A DNA stretch of 64,000 nucleotides from Escherichia coli (GCF_013122565.1 NZ_CP053258.1), one strand, 5' to 3'; shown: positions 1 to 11,181, numbered from the stretch's first letter. Notes: generated by a model from the sequence alone, not told the origin. Made by a program: numbers and translations.

Positions 1-494
1 CGCCGCTGACCGATGGCGCAGCGGCGGTGATCCTGATGACTGAATCCCGGGCGAAAGAATTAGGGCTGGTACCGCTGGGATATCTGCGCAGCTACGCATT
101 TACCGCTATTGATGTCTGGCAGGACATGTTGCTCGGTCCGGCCTGGTCAACACCGCTGGCGCTGGAACGTGCCGGTTTGATGATGAGCGATCTGACATTG
201 ATCGATATGCACGAAGCCTTTGCAGCTCAGACACTGGCGAATATTCAGTTGCTGGGTAGTGAACGTTTTGCTCGTGAAATACTGGGGCGTGCACATGCCA
301 CTGGCGAAGTGGACGATAGCAAATTTAACGTGCTTGGCGGTTCGATTGCTTACGGGCATCCCTTCGCGGCGACCGGCGCGCGGATGATTACCCAGACATT
401 GCATGAACTTCGCCGTCGCGGCGGTGGATTTGGTTTAGTTACCGCCTGTGCTGCCGGTGGGCTTGGCGCGGCAATGGTTCTGGAGGCGGAATAA
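1..494 (+). CDS. fadI: 3-ketoacyl-CoA thiolase FadI, 3' portion (gene begins upstream of the window)
   Basis: Open frame from position 1; C-terminal thiolase sequence ([32 protein letters not shown]); stop overlaps fadJ start at 494. Confidence 0.9.
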   Translation, partial: PLTDGAAAVILMTESRAKELGLVPLGYLRSYAFTAIDVWQDMLLGPAWSTPLALERAGLMMSDLTLIDMHEAFAAQTLANIQLLGSERFAREILGRAHATGEVDDSKFNVLGGSIAYGHPFAATGARMITQTLHELRRRGGGFGLVTACAAGGLGAAMVLEAE

Positions 495-2638
495 TGGAAA
501 TGGCATCAGCGTTTACTCTTAATGTTCGTCTGGACAACATTGCCGTTATCACCATTGATGTTCCTGGTGAGAAAATGAATACCCTGAAGGCGGAATTTGC
601 CTCGCAGGTGCGCGCCATTATTAAGCAACTCCGTGAAAACAAAGAGTTGCGCGGCGTGGTGTTTGTCTCCGCTAAACCGGACAACTTTATCGCCGGAGCA
701 GACATCAACATGATCGGCAACTGCAAAACGGCGCAAGAAGCGGAAGCTCTGGCGCGGCAGGGCCAACAGTTGATGGCGGAGATTCATGCTTTGCCCATTC
801 CGGTTATTGCCGCTATTCATGGCGCTTGCCTGGGCGGTGGGCTGGAGCTGGCGCTGGCGTGCCACGGTCGCGTTTGTACTGACGATCCTAAAACGGTGCT
901 CGGTTTGCCTGAAGTACAACTTGGATTGTTACCCGGTTCAGGCGGCACCCAGCGTTTACCGCGTCTGATAGGCGTCAGTACAGCATTAGAGATGATTCTC
1001 ACCGGAAAACAATTTCGGGCGAAACAGGCATTAAAGCTGGGGCTGGTGGATGACGTCGTTCCGCACTCCATTTTGCTGGAAGCCGCTGTTGAGCTGGTAA
1101 AGCAGGATCGTCCATCTTCCCGCCCTCTACCTGTACGCGAGCGTATTCTGGCGGGGCCGTTAGGTCGTGCGTTGCTGTTCAAAATGGTCGGCAAGAAAAC
1201 AGAACACAAAACTCAAGGTAACTATCCGGCGACAGAACGCATCCTGGAGGTTGTCGAAACGGGATTAGCGCAGGGCACCAGCAGTGGCTATGACGCTGAA
1301 GCACGAGCGTTTGGCGAACTGGCGATGACGCCGCAATCGCAGGCTCTGCGTAGTATCTTTTTTGCCAGTACGGACGTGAAGAAAGATCCCGGCAGTGATG
1401 CGCCGCCTGCGCCATTAAACAGCGTGGGGATTTTAGGTGGTGGCTTGATGGGCGGCGGTATTGCTTATGTCACTGCCTGTAAAGCGGGGCTTCCGGTCAG
1501 AATTAAAGATATCAACCCGCAGGGCATAAATCATGCGCTGAAGTACAGTTGGGATCAGCTGGAGGGCAAAGTTCGCCGTCGTCATCTCAAAGCCAGCGAA
1601 CGTGACAAACAGCTGGCATTAATCTCCGGAACGACGGACTATCGCGGCTTTGCCCATCGAGATCTGATTATTGAAGCGGTGTTTGAAAATCTCGCATTAA
1701 AACAACAAATGGTGGCGGAAGTTGAGCAAAATTGCGCCGCTCATACCATCTTTGCTTCGAATACGTCATCTCTACCGATTGGTGATATCGCCGCTCACGC
1801 CGCGCGACCTGAGCAAGTTATTGGCCTGCATTTCTTCAGTCCGGTGGAAAAAATGCCGCTGGTGGAGATTATTCCTCATGCGGGTACATCGGCGAAAACA
1901 ATTGCCACTACGGTAAAACTGGCGAAAAAACAGGGCAAAACGCCAATTGTCGTGCGTGACAAAGCCGGGTTTTACGTCAATCGCATCTTAGCGCCTTACA
2001 TTAATGAAGCTATCCGCATGCTGACCGAAGGTGAACGGGTAGAGCATATTGATGCCGCTCTAGTGAAATTTGGTTTTCCGGTAGGTCCAATCCAACTTTT
2101 GGATGAGGTAGGAATCGACACCGGGACTAAAATTATTCCTGTACTGGAAGCCGCTTATGGAGAACGTTTTAGCGCGCCTGCAAATGTTGTTTCTTCAATT
2201 TTGAACGACGATCGCAAAGGCAGAAAAAATGGTCGGGGTTTCTATCTTTATGGTCAGAAAGGGCGTAAAAGCAAAAAACAGGTCGATCCCGCCATTTACC
2301 CGCTCATTGGCGCACAAGGGCAGGGGCGACTCTCCGCACCGCAGGTTGTTGAACGGTGTGTGATGTTGATGCTGAATGAAGCAGTACGTTGTGTTGACGA
2401 GCAGGTTATCCGTAGCGTGCGTGACGGGGATATTGGTGCGGTATTTGGCATTGGTTTTCCGCCATTTCTCGGTGGACCGTTCCGCTATATCGATTCTCTC
2501 GGCGCGGGCGAAGTGGTTGCAATAATGCAACGACTGGCCACGCAGTATGGTTCCCGTTTTACCCCTTGTGAGCGTTTAGTCGAGATGGGCGCACGTGGGG
2601 AAAGTTTTTGGAAAACAACTGCAACTGACCTGCAATAA
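494..2638 (+). CDS. fadJ: Fatty-acid oxidation complex alpha subunit (enoyl-CoA hydratase / 3-hydroxyacyl-CoA dehydrogenase)
   Basis: 714-aa ORF with crotonase fold and NAD-binding [13 protein letters not shown] motif; 1-nt overlap with fadI stop. Confidence 0.95.
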   Translation: MEMASAFTLNVRLDNIAVITIDVPGEKMNTLKAEFASQVRAIIKQLRENKELRGVVFVSAKPDNFIAGADINMIGNCKTAQEAEALARQGQQLMAEIHALPIPVIAAIHGACLGGGLELALACHGRVCTDDPKTVLGLPEVQLGLLPGSGGTQRLPRLIGVSTALEMILTGKQFRAKQALKLGLVDDVVPHSILLEAAVELVKQDRPSSRPLPVRERILAGPLGRALLFKMVGKKTEHKTQGNYPATERILEVVETGLAQGTSSGYDAEARAFGELAMTPQSQALRSIFFASTDVKKDPGSDAPPAPLNSVGILGGGLMGGGIAYVTACKAGLPVRIKDINPQGINHALKYSWDQLEGKVRRRHLKASERDKQLALISGTTDYRGFAHRDLIIEAVFENLALKQQMVAEVEQNCAAHTIFASNTSSLPIGDIAAHAARPEQVIGLHFFSPVEKMPLVEIIPHAGTSAKTIATTVKLAKKQGKTPIVVRDKAGFYVNRILAPYINEAIRMLTEGERVEHIDAALVKFGFPVGPIQLLDEVGIDTGTKIIPVLEAAYGERFSAPANVVSSILNDDRKGRKNGRGFYLYGQKGRKSKKQVDPAIYPLIGAQGQGRLSAPQVVERCVMLMLNEAVRCVDEQVIRSVRDGDIGAVFGIGFPPFLGGPFRYIDSLGAGEVVAIMQRLATQYGSRFTPCERLVEMGARGESFWKTTATDLQ

Positions 2639-2840
2639 GAAGGTCAAAGCTATATGAATCCGCGCTGAATGGCGGAGTGATGGTCAAAATGTAAACGCAT
2701 ATTGACTATACTTACGCCATTGAGGTAAAAAACAGCGTTTCATTCGGTGAATGGATAAGGCACAATGCCGGCCACCGTTTTCTTTCTCTGGTTTCAGATG
2801 AAAGAAAACGGGCGAATCTGGTTAACAAAAGCGGTGCAAT

Positions 2841-3326
2841 ATGCAAGTTTTTATCATGCGTCACGGCGACGCAGCCCTCGATGCCGCCAGTGATTCGGTT
2901 CGTCCTCTGACTACTAACGGTTGTGACGAATCTCGCCTGATGGCGAACTGGCTGAAAGGTCAAAAAGTGGAAATCGAACGCGTTCTGGTGAGCCCGTTCC
3001 TGCGAGCCGAGCAAACACTGGAAGAAGTAGGGGATTGTCTGAACCTGCCTTCCAGTGCAGAAGTTCTGCCGGAGTTAACGCCCTGCGGCGATGTTGGTCT
3101 GGTCAGTGCCTATTTACAGGCGTTGACCAATGAAGGTGTTGCTTCGGTACTGGTGATCTCCCACTTACCGTTAGTCGGGTATCTGGTTGCCGAGTTATGT
3201 CCGGGCGAAACGCCGCCTATGTTTACCACCTCAGCCATTGCCAGCGTAACGCTTGATGAAAGCGGAAACGGCACATTCAACTGGCAGATGAGCCCGTGTA
3301 ATCTGAAGATGGCAAAAGCTATCTGA
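2841..3326 (+). CDS. sixA: Phosphohistidine phosphatase SixA
   Basis: 161-aa ORF starting MQVFIMRHGDA (RHG histidine phosphatase motif). Confidence 0.9.
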   Translation: MQVFIMRHGDAALDAASDSVRPLTTNGCDESRLMANWLKGQKVEIERVLVSPFLRAEQTLEEVGDCLNLPSSAEVLPELTPCGDVGLVSAYLQALTNEGVASVLVISHLPLVGYLVAELCPGETPPMFTTSAIASVTLDESGNGTFNWQMSPCNLKMAKAI

Positions 3327-3977
3327 AGCTATAGAAATATGCCCGGTGAGATCACGTCATCGGGCATCTCCTTTCGTTCCTCTTGGCTGTATTCACACAT
3401 TTTCCCATTGATTAGGCGATTATTTTTGTGGAGCTATATTTCATATTTATATGAATGGCAGGTTTTTCCGGGAATGACATATCGTGTGGCGGAGGGTTAT
3501 TTAAGGAATGCAATGACATTTATTAGAGGAGCCTGTAACAATAGGCACACGTAAATAAAATTAAAAAGGAGTTGTGTCTTGATTTATATTATATATTGTT
3601 TTTCATTAATTATCCGCAGAAAAAAACAGAAATCGCATTTTTTTGTTGTTGCTTTCTTATTACCCACTTTGTAATGTGGCCCATATGAATTTAACCGTTA
3701 TGCAATAATTACGTTCTGTATTCATAGGGAATTCCTCAAAAAACATTATCCATAGTGATATTTTAAGTTTTACTTAAAATCATTGTTAGTAAAACTAATT
3801 TGAATTCACCGTTCAAAACTCCCACTATCGCCGCACACCAAAGAATATCATCTTATGCAATCTTTTGCGGGAAGCAATGACGCATATTCGATGGTCATCT
3901 CTAAGCCGCTCACTTCAATATTAATCTGAGGTTTTCCGGCGCTTATAATTTAATTATTTATGGTTTAAGGACAAATA

Positions 3978-4544
3978 ATGAGTAAGTTTGTTAAAACTGC
4001 TATTGCAGCGGTGATGGTAATGGGTGCGTTCGCGTCAACTTCTTCCATCGCTGCCGGTAACAACGGTACCGCGCGTTTCTACGGCACCATCGAAGATTCC
4101 CCGTGCTCCATCGTGCCTGACGACCACAAACTGGAAGTTGATATGGGCGATATCGGTTCTGAAACACTGAAAGGCAGTAAATCAACCACCCCGAAAGAGT
4201 TCCAGATCCGCCTGCAGGACTGCGTGTTTGATACTCAGGCCAAGGCTTCGACTGTCTTCACCGGCACCATCTATACTGCGGTCGCCAACAGCAACAACTA
4301 CACCATTTTCAGCACCGAAACCGGTATGCCATTTGAGCATGTCAGCCTGGCGATTGGTGATGAACATGGCGCGGCATACAAAAGCGGTATGCCTATCGAA
4401 CAGGCGCTTACTATAGATTCCAGCACCACGAAAGGTAAACCTAACCAGACGCTGAACTTTAAAGCATGGCTGGTGGGTGAAAGTGAAATGCCGACCCTGG
4501 GGGCATTTGAAGCTAACACCACGTTCCAGATCACTTATCTCTGA
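3978..4544 (+). CDS. yfcV: Fimbrial major subunit of the Yfc chaperone-usher system
   Basis: 188-aa ORF with signal peptide and fimbrial-subunit features; first gene of a 7-gene chaperone-usher cluster; preceded by a 650-bp AT-rich region. Confidence 0.85.
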   Translation: MSKFVKTAIAAVMVMGAFASTSSIAAGNNGTARFYGTIEDSPCSIVPDDHKLEVDMGDIGSETLKGSKSTTPKEFQIRLQDCVFDTQAKASTVFTGTIYTAVANSNNYTIFSTETGMPFEHVSLAIGDEHGAAYKSGMPIEQALTIDSSTTKGKPNQTLNFKAWLVGESEMPTLGAFEANTTFQITYL

Positions 4545-4551
4545 TGTTTCA

Positions 4552-4581
4552 CCCCATGGCGGCAACGTCATGGGGTTTTTT
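4552..4581 (+). terminator. Intra-operon hairpin plus T-tract between yfcV and the usher gene
   Basis: CCCCATG-gcggcaacgt-CATGGGG followed by TTTTTT, just after the yfcV stop. Confidence 0.7.
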
Positions 4582-4613
4582 AATTGATTCTGACGAAATT
4601 ATAATAATCACGG

Positions 4614-7277
4614 ATGGATACGTGTATGCCAGACCATTCTCTTTTCCGTTTACGGGTGCTTCCCTGGTATATTGCGCTGGCAATATCCGGAAGCTATGCC
4701 AGTGCCTGGGCTGATGATGATATTCAGTTTGATTCCCGTTTTCTGGAATTAAAAGGCGACGCAAAAGTCGATCTGAAACGTTTTTCCAGTCAGGGCTATG
4801 TCGAGCCGGGTAAATATAATTTACAGGTTCAGGTAAATAAGCAGCCGCTCCCGGATGAGTACGATATTTTCTGGTATGCCTCTGAAAAAGATGCCGGTAA
4901 AAGTTATGCCTGCCTGACGCCCACGCTGCTCGCCCAGTTTGGTCTGAAAGAGGAGATTGTAAAAAATCTGCAATGGTCCCGCAACGGCGAATGCCTCGCG
5001 CCAGGTCAGCTGGAAGGGACAGAGATTAAGGCTGATTTAAGCCAGTCCGCGTTATTAATCTCCCTGCCACAGGCCTATCTGGAATACAGCGATATGGACT
5101 GGGACCCGCCTTCCCGCTGGGACGATGGTATTCCCGGCCTGATTGCTGACTACAGCATTAACGCCCAGACCCGCCACGATGAGCAGAGCGGCGATGACAG
5201 TAACGACATCAGCGGTAACGGCACGGTAGGGGTAAACCTCGGCCCGTGGCGTCTGCGCGCCGACTGGCAGACGGACTACCAGCATACCCGCAGCGACGAT
5301 GACGATGAATACAGCGACAGTGACGGCAACAGCACACAAAGAAACTGGGAGTGGAGCCGCTACTACGCCTGGCGCGCCCTGCCGTCATTAAAAGCCAAAC
5401 TTGCGCTCGGCGAAGATTACCTCAACTCCGATATTTTCGACGGCTTTAACTATGTCGGCGGCAGCGTCAGCACTGAAGACCAGATGTTACCGCCAAATAT
5501 GCGCGGCTACGCCCCCGATATTTCCGGGGTGGCGCACACCACGGCGAAAGTGACCGTCAGCCAGATGGGCCGCGTCATTTACGAAACCCAGGTTCCGGCG
5601 GGGCCGTTCCGCATTCAGGATTTGGGCGATTCCATCTCCGGTACGCTGCATGTGCGTATTGAAGAGCAGAACGGTCAGGTGCAGGAATATGATATCAGCA
5701 CCGCGTCGATGCCGTTCCTGACCCGTCAGGGCCAGGTGCGCTATAAAGTGATGATGGGCCGCCCGCAGGAGTGGGGGCACGATATTGCCGGCGGATTTTT
5801 CTCCGGCGGTGAAGCCTCCTGGGGGATTGCCAACGGCTGGTCGCTCTACGGCGGCGCGCTGGCGGATGAAAACTATCAGTCGGCGGCCATTGGCGTCGGG
5901 CGTGACCTGTCAATTCTTGGTGCGATGGCCTTTGACGTCACGCACTCACATGTCCGCCTGGATGACAACACTGCCTACGACAATCGTACCCTGGACGGTA
6001 ACTCGTTCCGCGTGAGCTATGCCAAAGACTTTGACGAACTCGACAGCCGCGTTACCTTCGCCGGATACCGCTTCTCTGAAAAAAACTTCATGACCATGAG
6101 CGAATATCTGGATGCGAAAGATGCGGACATGGTGCGCTCCGGCAACGATAAAGAGATGTACACGGTTACCTACAACCAGAACTTCCGGGATGCCGCGGTT
6201 TCTGTCTATCTCAACTACACCCACCGCACCTACTGGGACCGGCCGGAACAGACCAACTACAACGTGATGATGTCCCACTATTTCAATATGGGCAGCATCC
6301 GCAACATGAGCGTGTCCCTGACCGGTTACCGCTACGAATACGACAAAAGCACCGACAAAGGGATGTATATCTCGCTGAGTATGCCGTGGGGCGACAGCAG
6401 TACCGTCAGCTATAACGGCAACTACGGCAGCGGCTCAGACTCCAGCCAGGTCGGTTATTTCAGCCGTATCGACGATGCCTCGCATTACCAGATTAACGTC
6501 GGCACCAGCGAAAACCACGGCAGCGTGGATGGCTACTACAGCCATGACGGCTCGCTGGCGCAGGTGGATTTAAGTGCCAACTACCATGAAGGCGAGTATC
6601 AGTCTGCCGGGATTTCACTGCAGGGCGGCGCGACGCTGACCGCGCACGGCGGGGCGCTGCACCGCACGCAATCGCCCGGCGGGACACGTCTGCTGATTGA
6701 CGCTGACGGCGTGTCCGGCGTGCCGGTGGAAGGTAACGGTTCGCCGGTTTACACCAACATGTTTGGTAAAGCGGTCGTGGCGGATGTCAACAACTACTAC
6801 CGTAACCAGGCCTATATCGACCTGACTAAACTGCCGGAAAACGCCGAAGCCACCCAGTCGGTGGTGCAGGCCACGCTGACCGAGGGCGCGATTGGCTACC
6901 GCCAGTTTGCAGTGATCAGCGGGCAGAAAGCGATGGCGGTACTGCGCCTGAGCGACGGCAGCCATCCGCCGTTTGGTGCGGAAGTGAAAAACAGCGACGA
7001 GCAGCAGGTGGGGCTGGTTGACGATGACGGCAACGTCTATCTGGCCGGGGTGAAACCGGGCGAGCGGATGACGGTGTCGTGGAACGGTGAGACACACTGT
7101 GACATCGCGCTGCCGGACCCGTTACCGGCCGATCTGTTCAACGGCCTGTTGCTGCCCTGCCAGAACCGGGGTGCCGTCGCGCCTGCCACCTCGCCGGACG
7201 TCAAACCGGTGATTCAGGAGCAGACGCAGCAGGTGACACCAACGGAACCCCCGACTTCAATTTCAGTAAACCAGTAA
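4614..7277 (+). CDS. yfcU: Outer-membrane fimbrial usher, intact (true start may be the Met at 4626)
   Basis: 887-aa uninterrupted ORF with usher-like N-terminal signal and C-terminal domain. Confidence 0.85.
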   Translation: MDTCMPDHSLFRLRVLPWYIALAISGSYASAWADDDIQFDSRFLELKGDAKVDLKRFSSQGYVEPGKYNLQVQVNKQPLPDEYDIFWYASEKDAGKSYACLTPTLLAQFGLKEEIVKNLQWSRNGECLAPGQLEGTEIKADLSQSALLISLPQAYLEYSDMDWDPPSRWDDGIPGLIADYSINAQTRHDEQSGDDSNDISGNGTVGVNLGPWRLRADWQTDYQHTRSDDDDEYSDSDGNSTQRNWEWSRYYAWRALPSLKAKLALGEDYLNSDIFDGFNYVGGSVSTEDQMLPPNMRGYAPDISGVAHTTAKVTVSQMGRVIYETQVPAGPFRIQDLGDSISGTLHVRIEEQNGQVQEYDISTASMPFLTRQGQVRYKVMMGRPQEWGHDIAGGFFSGGEASWGIANGWSLYGGALADENYQSAAIGVGRDLSILGAMAFDVTHSHVRLDDNTAYDNRTLDGNSFRVSYAKDFDELDSRVTFAGYRFSEKNFMTMSEYLDAKDADMVRSGNDKEMYTVTYNQNFRDAAVSVYLNYTHRTYWDRPEQTNYNVMMSHYFNMGSIRNMSVSLTGYRYEYDKSTDKGMYISLSMPWGDSSTVSYNGNYGSGSDSSQVGYFSRIDDASHYQINVGTSENHGSVDGYYSHDGSLAQVDLSANYHEGEYQSAGISLQGGATLTAHGGALHRTQSPGGTRLLIDADGVSGVPVEGNGSPVYTNMFGKAVVADVNNYYRNQAYIDLTKLPENAEATQSVVQATLTEGAIGYRQFAVISGQKAMAVLRLSDGSHPPFGAEVKNSDEQQVGLVDDDGNVYLAGVKPGERMTVSWNGETHCDIALPDPLPADLFNGLLLPCQNRGAVAPATSPDVKPVIQEQTQQVTPTEPPTSISVNQ

Positions 7278-7296
7278 CGTGATTAAGGAATGATCC

Positions 7297-8040
7297 ATGT
7301 TTAATCTGACTAACACTGCAAAAACCGTTATCCCTGCGCTGGCGCTGCTGGCCAGTTTCTCCAGCCACGCCTCGGTGACACCCGACAGGACGCGGCTGGT
7401 GTTTAACGAAAGCGACAAATCCATCAGCGTCACGCTGCGCAATAATGACCCCAAACTGCCCTATCTGGCGCAGAGCTGGATAGAGGATGCAAAGGGCAAC
7501 AAAATCAGCTCGCCGCTGGCGGTGCTGCCGCCGGTACAGCGCATCGATGCGATGATGAACGGCCAGGTGAAGGTGCAGGGGCTGCCGGATATCAACAAAC
7601 TGCCAGCCGACCGCGAGAGCGTGTTCTACTTTAACGTGCGCGAGATCCCGCCGAAATCAAACAAACCGAACACGCTGCAGATTGCGCTGCAGACGCGCAT
7701 CAAGCTGTTCTGGCGACCGAAGGCGCTGGAAAACGTCAGCATGAAAAACCCGTGGCAGCACAAGGTGACGCTCACCCGCAACGGCCAGGATTTTACCGTC
7801 AATAACCCGACGCCGTACTACGTGATCATCAGCAACGCCAGCGCGAAAAAAGGCGGCAACCCGCCGGCGGGATTCACACCGCTGATGCTGGAGCCGAAAA
7901 CCTCCGCCCCGCTGAATGCGAAGATGGACAGCGTGCCGGTGCTGACCTATATCAACGACTACGGCGCGCGGATGCCGCTGTACTTCAAATGCACCGCCAA
8001 CAACTGCCAGGTGGATGAAGAGCAGAGCCGCAAAGGCTGA
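7297..8040 (+). CDS. yfcS: Periplasmic fimbrial chaperone (PapD-like)
   Basis: 247-aa ORF with signal peptide and pilus-chaperone N-terminal motif (RLVFNESDKSISVTLRNN). Confidence 0.85.
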   Translation: MFNLTNTAKTVIPALALLASFSSHASVTPDRTRLVFNESDKSISVTLRNNDPKLPYLAQSWIEDAKGNKISSPLAVLPPVQRIDAMMNGQVKVQGLPDINKLPADRESVFYFNVREIPPKSNKPNTLQIALQTRIKLFWRPKALENVSMKNPWQHKVTLTRNGQDFTVNNPTPYYVIISNASAKKGGNPPAGFTPLMLEPKTSAPLNAKMDSVPVLTYINDYGARMPLYFKCTANNCQVDEEQSRKG

Positions 8041-8055
8041 TGCCGGGAGGGACTT

Positions 8056-8553
8056 ATGAGTCACAAGTTTTTAGCGGGGGCGGGGTTGCTGGTATTCAGT
8101 CTCTGTAGTTTCCCGGTTATGGCTGGCAGTAAAACCGTAGAGTTAACTCTGCGCGTGTTAGTGGATGCGCCACCACCGTGCTCCGTGAAGGGCAGTGCGG
8201 TGGAATTTGGCAATGTGACGATCAACAAGATCGATGGCACGAATTACCGACAGGATGCGAAATACACCCTGAGCTGCGGCAATAAAGCCAGCGACGATTT
8301 ACAGATGCAGCTCAAAGGGAATACCGCCGTTATCAACGGAGAAACGGTCCTCAGTACGGATATTGCCGGCCTGGGTGTGCGGATAGAAAACGCTGCCGAT
8401 AATTCCCTGTTTGCGGTAGGTGAAAATACCTGGACGCCTTTTAACTATAACACTCAGCCACAGCTGAAAGCGGTGCTGGTAAAACAGAGCGGAGTGCAGT
8501 TAACGCCGTCGGAATTTAACGCCACTCTGACCATGGTGGTGGATTACCAATGA
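8056..8553 (+). CDS. yfcR: Fimbrial-like minor subunit
   Basis: 165-aa secreted protein ending in a typical fimbrial C-terminal strand (VVDYQ); overlaps next gene. Confidence 0.75.
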   Translation: MSHKFLAGAGLLVFSLCSFPVMAGSKTVELTLRVLVDAPPPCSVKGSAVEFGNVTINKIDGTNYRQDAKYTLSCGNKASDDLQMQLKGNTAVINGETVLSTDIAGLGVRIENAADNSLFAVGENTWTPFNYNTQPQLKAVLVKQSGVQLTPSEFNATLTMVVDYQ

Positions 8554-9038
8554 AAAGACTCACGCTGATTTTACTGTGCACCTGCTGGGGCACAGCCCAG
8601 GCCGCCGACGAGGACATCACATTTCATGGCACCCTGGCATCGCCGCCCGCCTGTAGCATCAGCGGCGGGAAAACCATTGAAGTGGAGTTTCGCGATCTCA
8701 TTATCGACAGCATTAACGGGAATTATGGCCGGCAGGAAGTTGTATATGAGCTTAGCTGCGAATCCGATGCCCGCGATCCTGGCTGGCAAATGTCCCTGAC
8801 GTGGACCGGCACGCCCACCAGCTACAACGATGCCGCCATCGAGACGGATGTGCCGGGCTTCGGGATTGAGCTTCAGCATGACGGACAGCGTTTTCTGCTC
8901 AACACGCCGCTAAACATTGACGCCACGGATTTCAGCAAGAAGCCGAAGCTGGAGGCCGTACCGGTAAAAGCGGCTGATGCGGTGCTGAGTGACACGACTT
9001 TTTCTGCTTACGCAACTTTACGGGTGGATTACCAATGA
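8550..9038 (+). CDS. yfcQ: Fimbrial-like minor subunit
   Basis: 162-aa ORF with signal peptide; C-terminal RVDYQ; 4-nt overlaps with both neighbours. Confidence 0.75.
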   Translation: MKRLTLILLCTCWGTAQAADEDITFHGTLASPPACSISGGKTIEVEFRDLIIDSINGNYGRQEVVYELSCESDARDPGWQMSLTWTGTPTSYNDAAIETDVPGFGIELQHDGQRFLLNTPLNIDATDFSKKPKLEAVPVKAADAVLSDTTFSAYATLRVDYQ

Positions 9039-9574
9039 AAATAGCACGCACTTATACGCCGGCTTACGCGCTGTTCGCGGGCCTGCTGCTGACCGCCAGC
9101 ACAGACACTTTCGCCATGGACAACAACCTGCATTTTTACGGCAACCTGCTGAGTAAATCCTGCACGCTGGTGGTGGACGGTACCAACCTGGCAGAAATTC
9201 ATTTCCCCACCGTCAGCAACCGGGATTTGATGGTCGCCGGGCAGTCCGCGCATCTGCCGGTTGTGTTTAAGCTGAAAGACTGCAAAGGGCCTGCGGGATA
9301 CAACGTCAAAGTCACGCTGAGCGGCACTGAAGACAGCGGTCAGCCGGGATTTCTGGCAATCGATGACACCTCCACCGCGCAGGGGGTGGGGATAGGGATG
9401 GAAACGCTTGACGGCAAGCGGGTGGATATTAACAACACCACCGGTGCGACCTTCGCGCTTATCAACGGTAACAATGACATTAATTTCAGGGCCTGGATCC
9501 AGGCGAAAAGCAGTCGGGATGTGACGATCGGTGAATTTACCGCCTCTTTAACTGCGACATTTGAGTACATTTAA
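9035..9574 (+). CDS. yfcP: Fimbrial-like subunit
   Basis: 179-aa ORF with signal peptide and fimbrial C-terminus (TATFEYI). Confidence 0.75.
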   Translation: MKIARTYTPAYALFAGLLLTASTDTFAMDNNLHFYGNLLSKSCTLVVDGTNLAEIHFPTVSNRDLMVAGQSAHLPVVFKLKDCKGPAGYNVKVTLSGTEDSGQPGFLAIDDTSTAQGVGIGMETLDGKRVDINNTTGATFALINGNNDINFRAWIQAKSSRDVTIGEFTASLTATFEYI

Positions 9575-10394
9575 AATGAAAATACTACGATGGTTGTTCG
9601 CTCTGGTCATGCTTATGTCTGCGACAGAAGCTCTGGCTGCCGGGCATAGCATCAAGCTTTACTACGGAATTAGCCATGATCTGCAGGCTATCACGGCTTT
9701 TAGCCTGAAAATCATGATGCCATCAGGGGTCTACGATGGAGAATATAAGAGTAGTAACTTTGCACACATAGGGGATTATCTGCAAAATATAAGCTGGAAT
9801 GGTCCGCCTCCTGCACCTTCAGTAAAGATGATAGACTACAAGCAAAAGCTCGATGAATCATTATGCCCGGGGCTACCTTCTGGGTGGCTCTGTGGGTCTC
9901 TTGAATTTGAAATTATTGTTTCTGCTGATATTGAATCTTTCTTTTCTTGCCCTTGGTTGGTTGTTATGAGTGATACCGTGACCTCTAGAGGTGTGGCTTA
10001 TAAGGGGCCGGACGGTTATGCCACACTTTGTCAAACTGTTTCTGTTCAACCTTATGATGTTTCATGGAATGAGAATTATGTCAGTAAGTCTAAACTGCTC
10101 ACTCTGCAATCGACGGGCGGTGTGGTTGAGAAAACGCTTTCAACGTATTTAATGAAAGATGGCAAATTGTGCGACAGTTCGCAGATGAATGAAGCCGGTG
10201 GTTACTGCCGCTGGGTTGCGCAGATGATAACTTTTACTGCAACGGGATGTGATAAGGCGGAAGTCACTGTCACGCCAAATCGACATCCTATAACGGACAA
10301 ACAATTACACGATATGGTCGTGCATGTTGATACCAGTAGTATGCAGCCAATCGATTCTACTTGCCGGTTCCAGTACATACTGAATGAGTTGTAG
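9561..10394 (+). CDS. yfcO: Putative fimbrial tip adhesin-like protein
   Basis: 277-aa cysteine-rich secreted ORF, last gene of the yfc cluster. Confidence 0.7.
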   Translation: MSTFKMKILRWLFALVMLMSATEALAAGHSIKLYYGISHDLQAITAFSLKIMMPSGVYDGEYKSSNFAHIGDYLQNISWNGPPPAPSVKMIDYKQKLDESLCPGLPSGWLCGSLEFEIIVSADIESFFSCPWLVVMSDTVTSRGVAYKGPDGYATLCQTVSVQPYDVSWNENYVSKSKLLTLQSTGGVVEKTLSTYLMKDGKLCDSSQMNEAGGYCRWVAQMITFTATGCDKAEVTVTPNRHPITDKQLHDMVVHVDTSSMQPIDSTCRFQYILNEL

Positions 10395-10464
10395 CCGTTA
10401 GAAACACTCAGGCAGGGGCATTCGCCCCTGCCATTACCCGCTCATGGCGCAACACTCTCCCCCC

Positions 10465-11016
10465 TCAGGGCAACTCCGGTGGCAGCCACTCTTCCACTTC
10501 AATCAACACCAACAACGCCGCATCACCGCCATACTCTTTTGGTGCCTGGTGAAACGCCATCACATGCGGATGTTGTGCCAGCCACAGCGGTGTTTGTTGC
10601 TTCAAAATATGCTTCCCGTGACCATGCATCACGCAGGCGCAAAACACATGTTCGCGGCGACAGGCGGCAATCAACGCGCCCAGTTCCTGCTTGGCCTGCA
10701 GCTGCGTCAGACCGTGTAAATCCAAAAACAATTCCGGCGAATAATCGCCACGGCGCAACTTCTTCGCCTCAAAATGACTCACATCCGGGCGAACATATTT
10801 CACCGGACCTTCGGTATTTAATAACGGCTGAAACTCATCGGAGAAATAATGGCTGGCATCAGCCTGCTCCTGAATCAAGCGTTTCACCGGTACTTCGCTG
10901 ATTTTCTTACGCTGTGGTCGGTGGACAATCGTGTCCTGCTTAATCTTGCGAGTCCCCGCCATCAACTGGCGAAACAGCGCCTGGTCCTCCTCGCTTAGTG
11001 TTGTTTTCTTTTTCAT
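10465..11016 (-). CDS. smrB: Ribosome rescue endonuclease SmrB (Smr domain)
   Basis: 183-aa [21 protein letters not shown]... with C-terminal Smr domain; divergent from prmB. Confidence 0.9.
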
Positions 11017-11181
11017 TTATGTATCTCTATTTCTAATTTTCCTACAGTTTACCCGACTCGTAGCACAATCGATCGTTTTAAACGTATTTTTCCTCACTCA
11101 CCGCGCGTGAATGCTGATTTATCGTCATCTTCATGGCAAACTAGCCGCCGAAATTATTGCGATCATGCCCTGGAGGAATAC

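Noticed and set aside
3339-3554. 71-aa ORF in the sixA-yfcV intergenic region
   Set aside because: Lies in AT-rich promoter DNA, has no ribosome-binding site, and its composition is not protein-like.
3978-10394. The yfc fimbrial cluster as a horizontally acquired island
   Set aside because: The cluster lies between sixA and smrB as in the core E. coli chromosome, with no integrase, tRNA or direct repeats at its borders.
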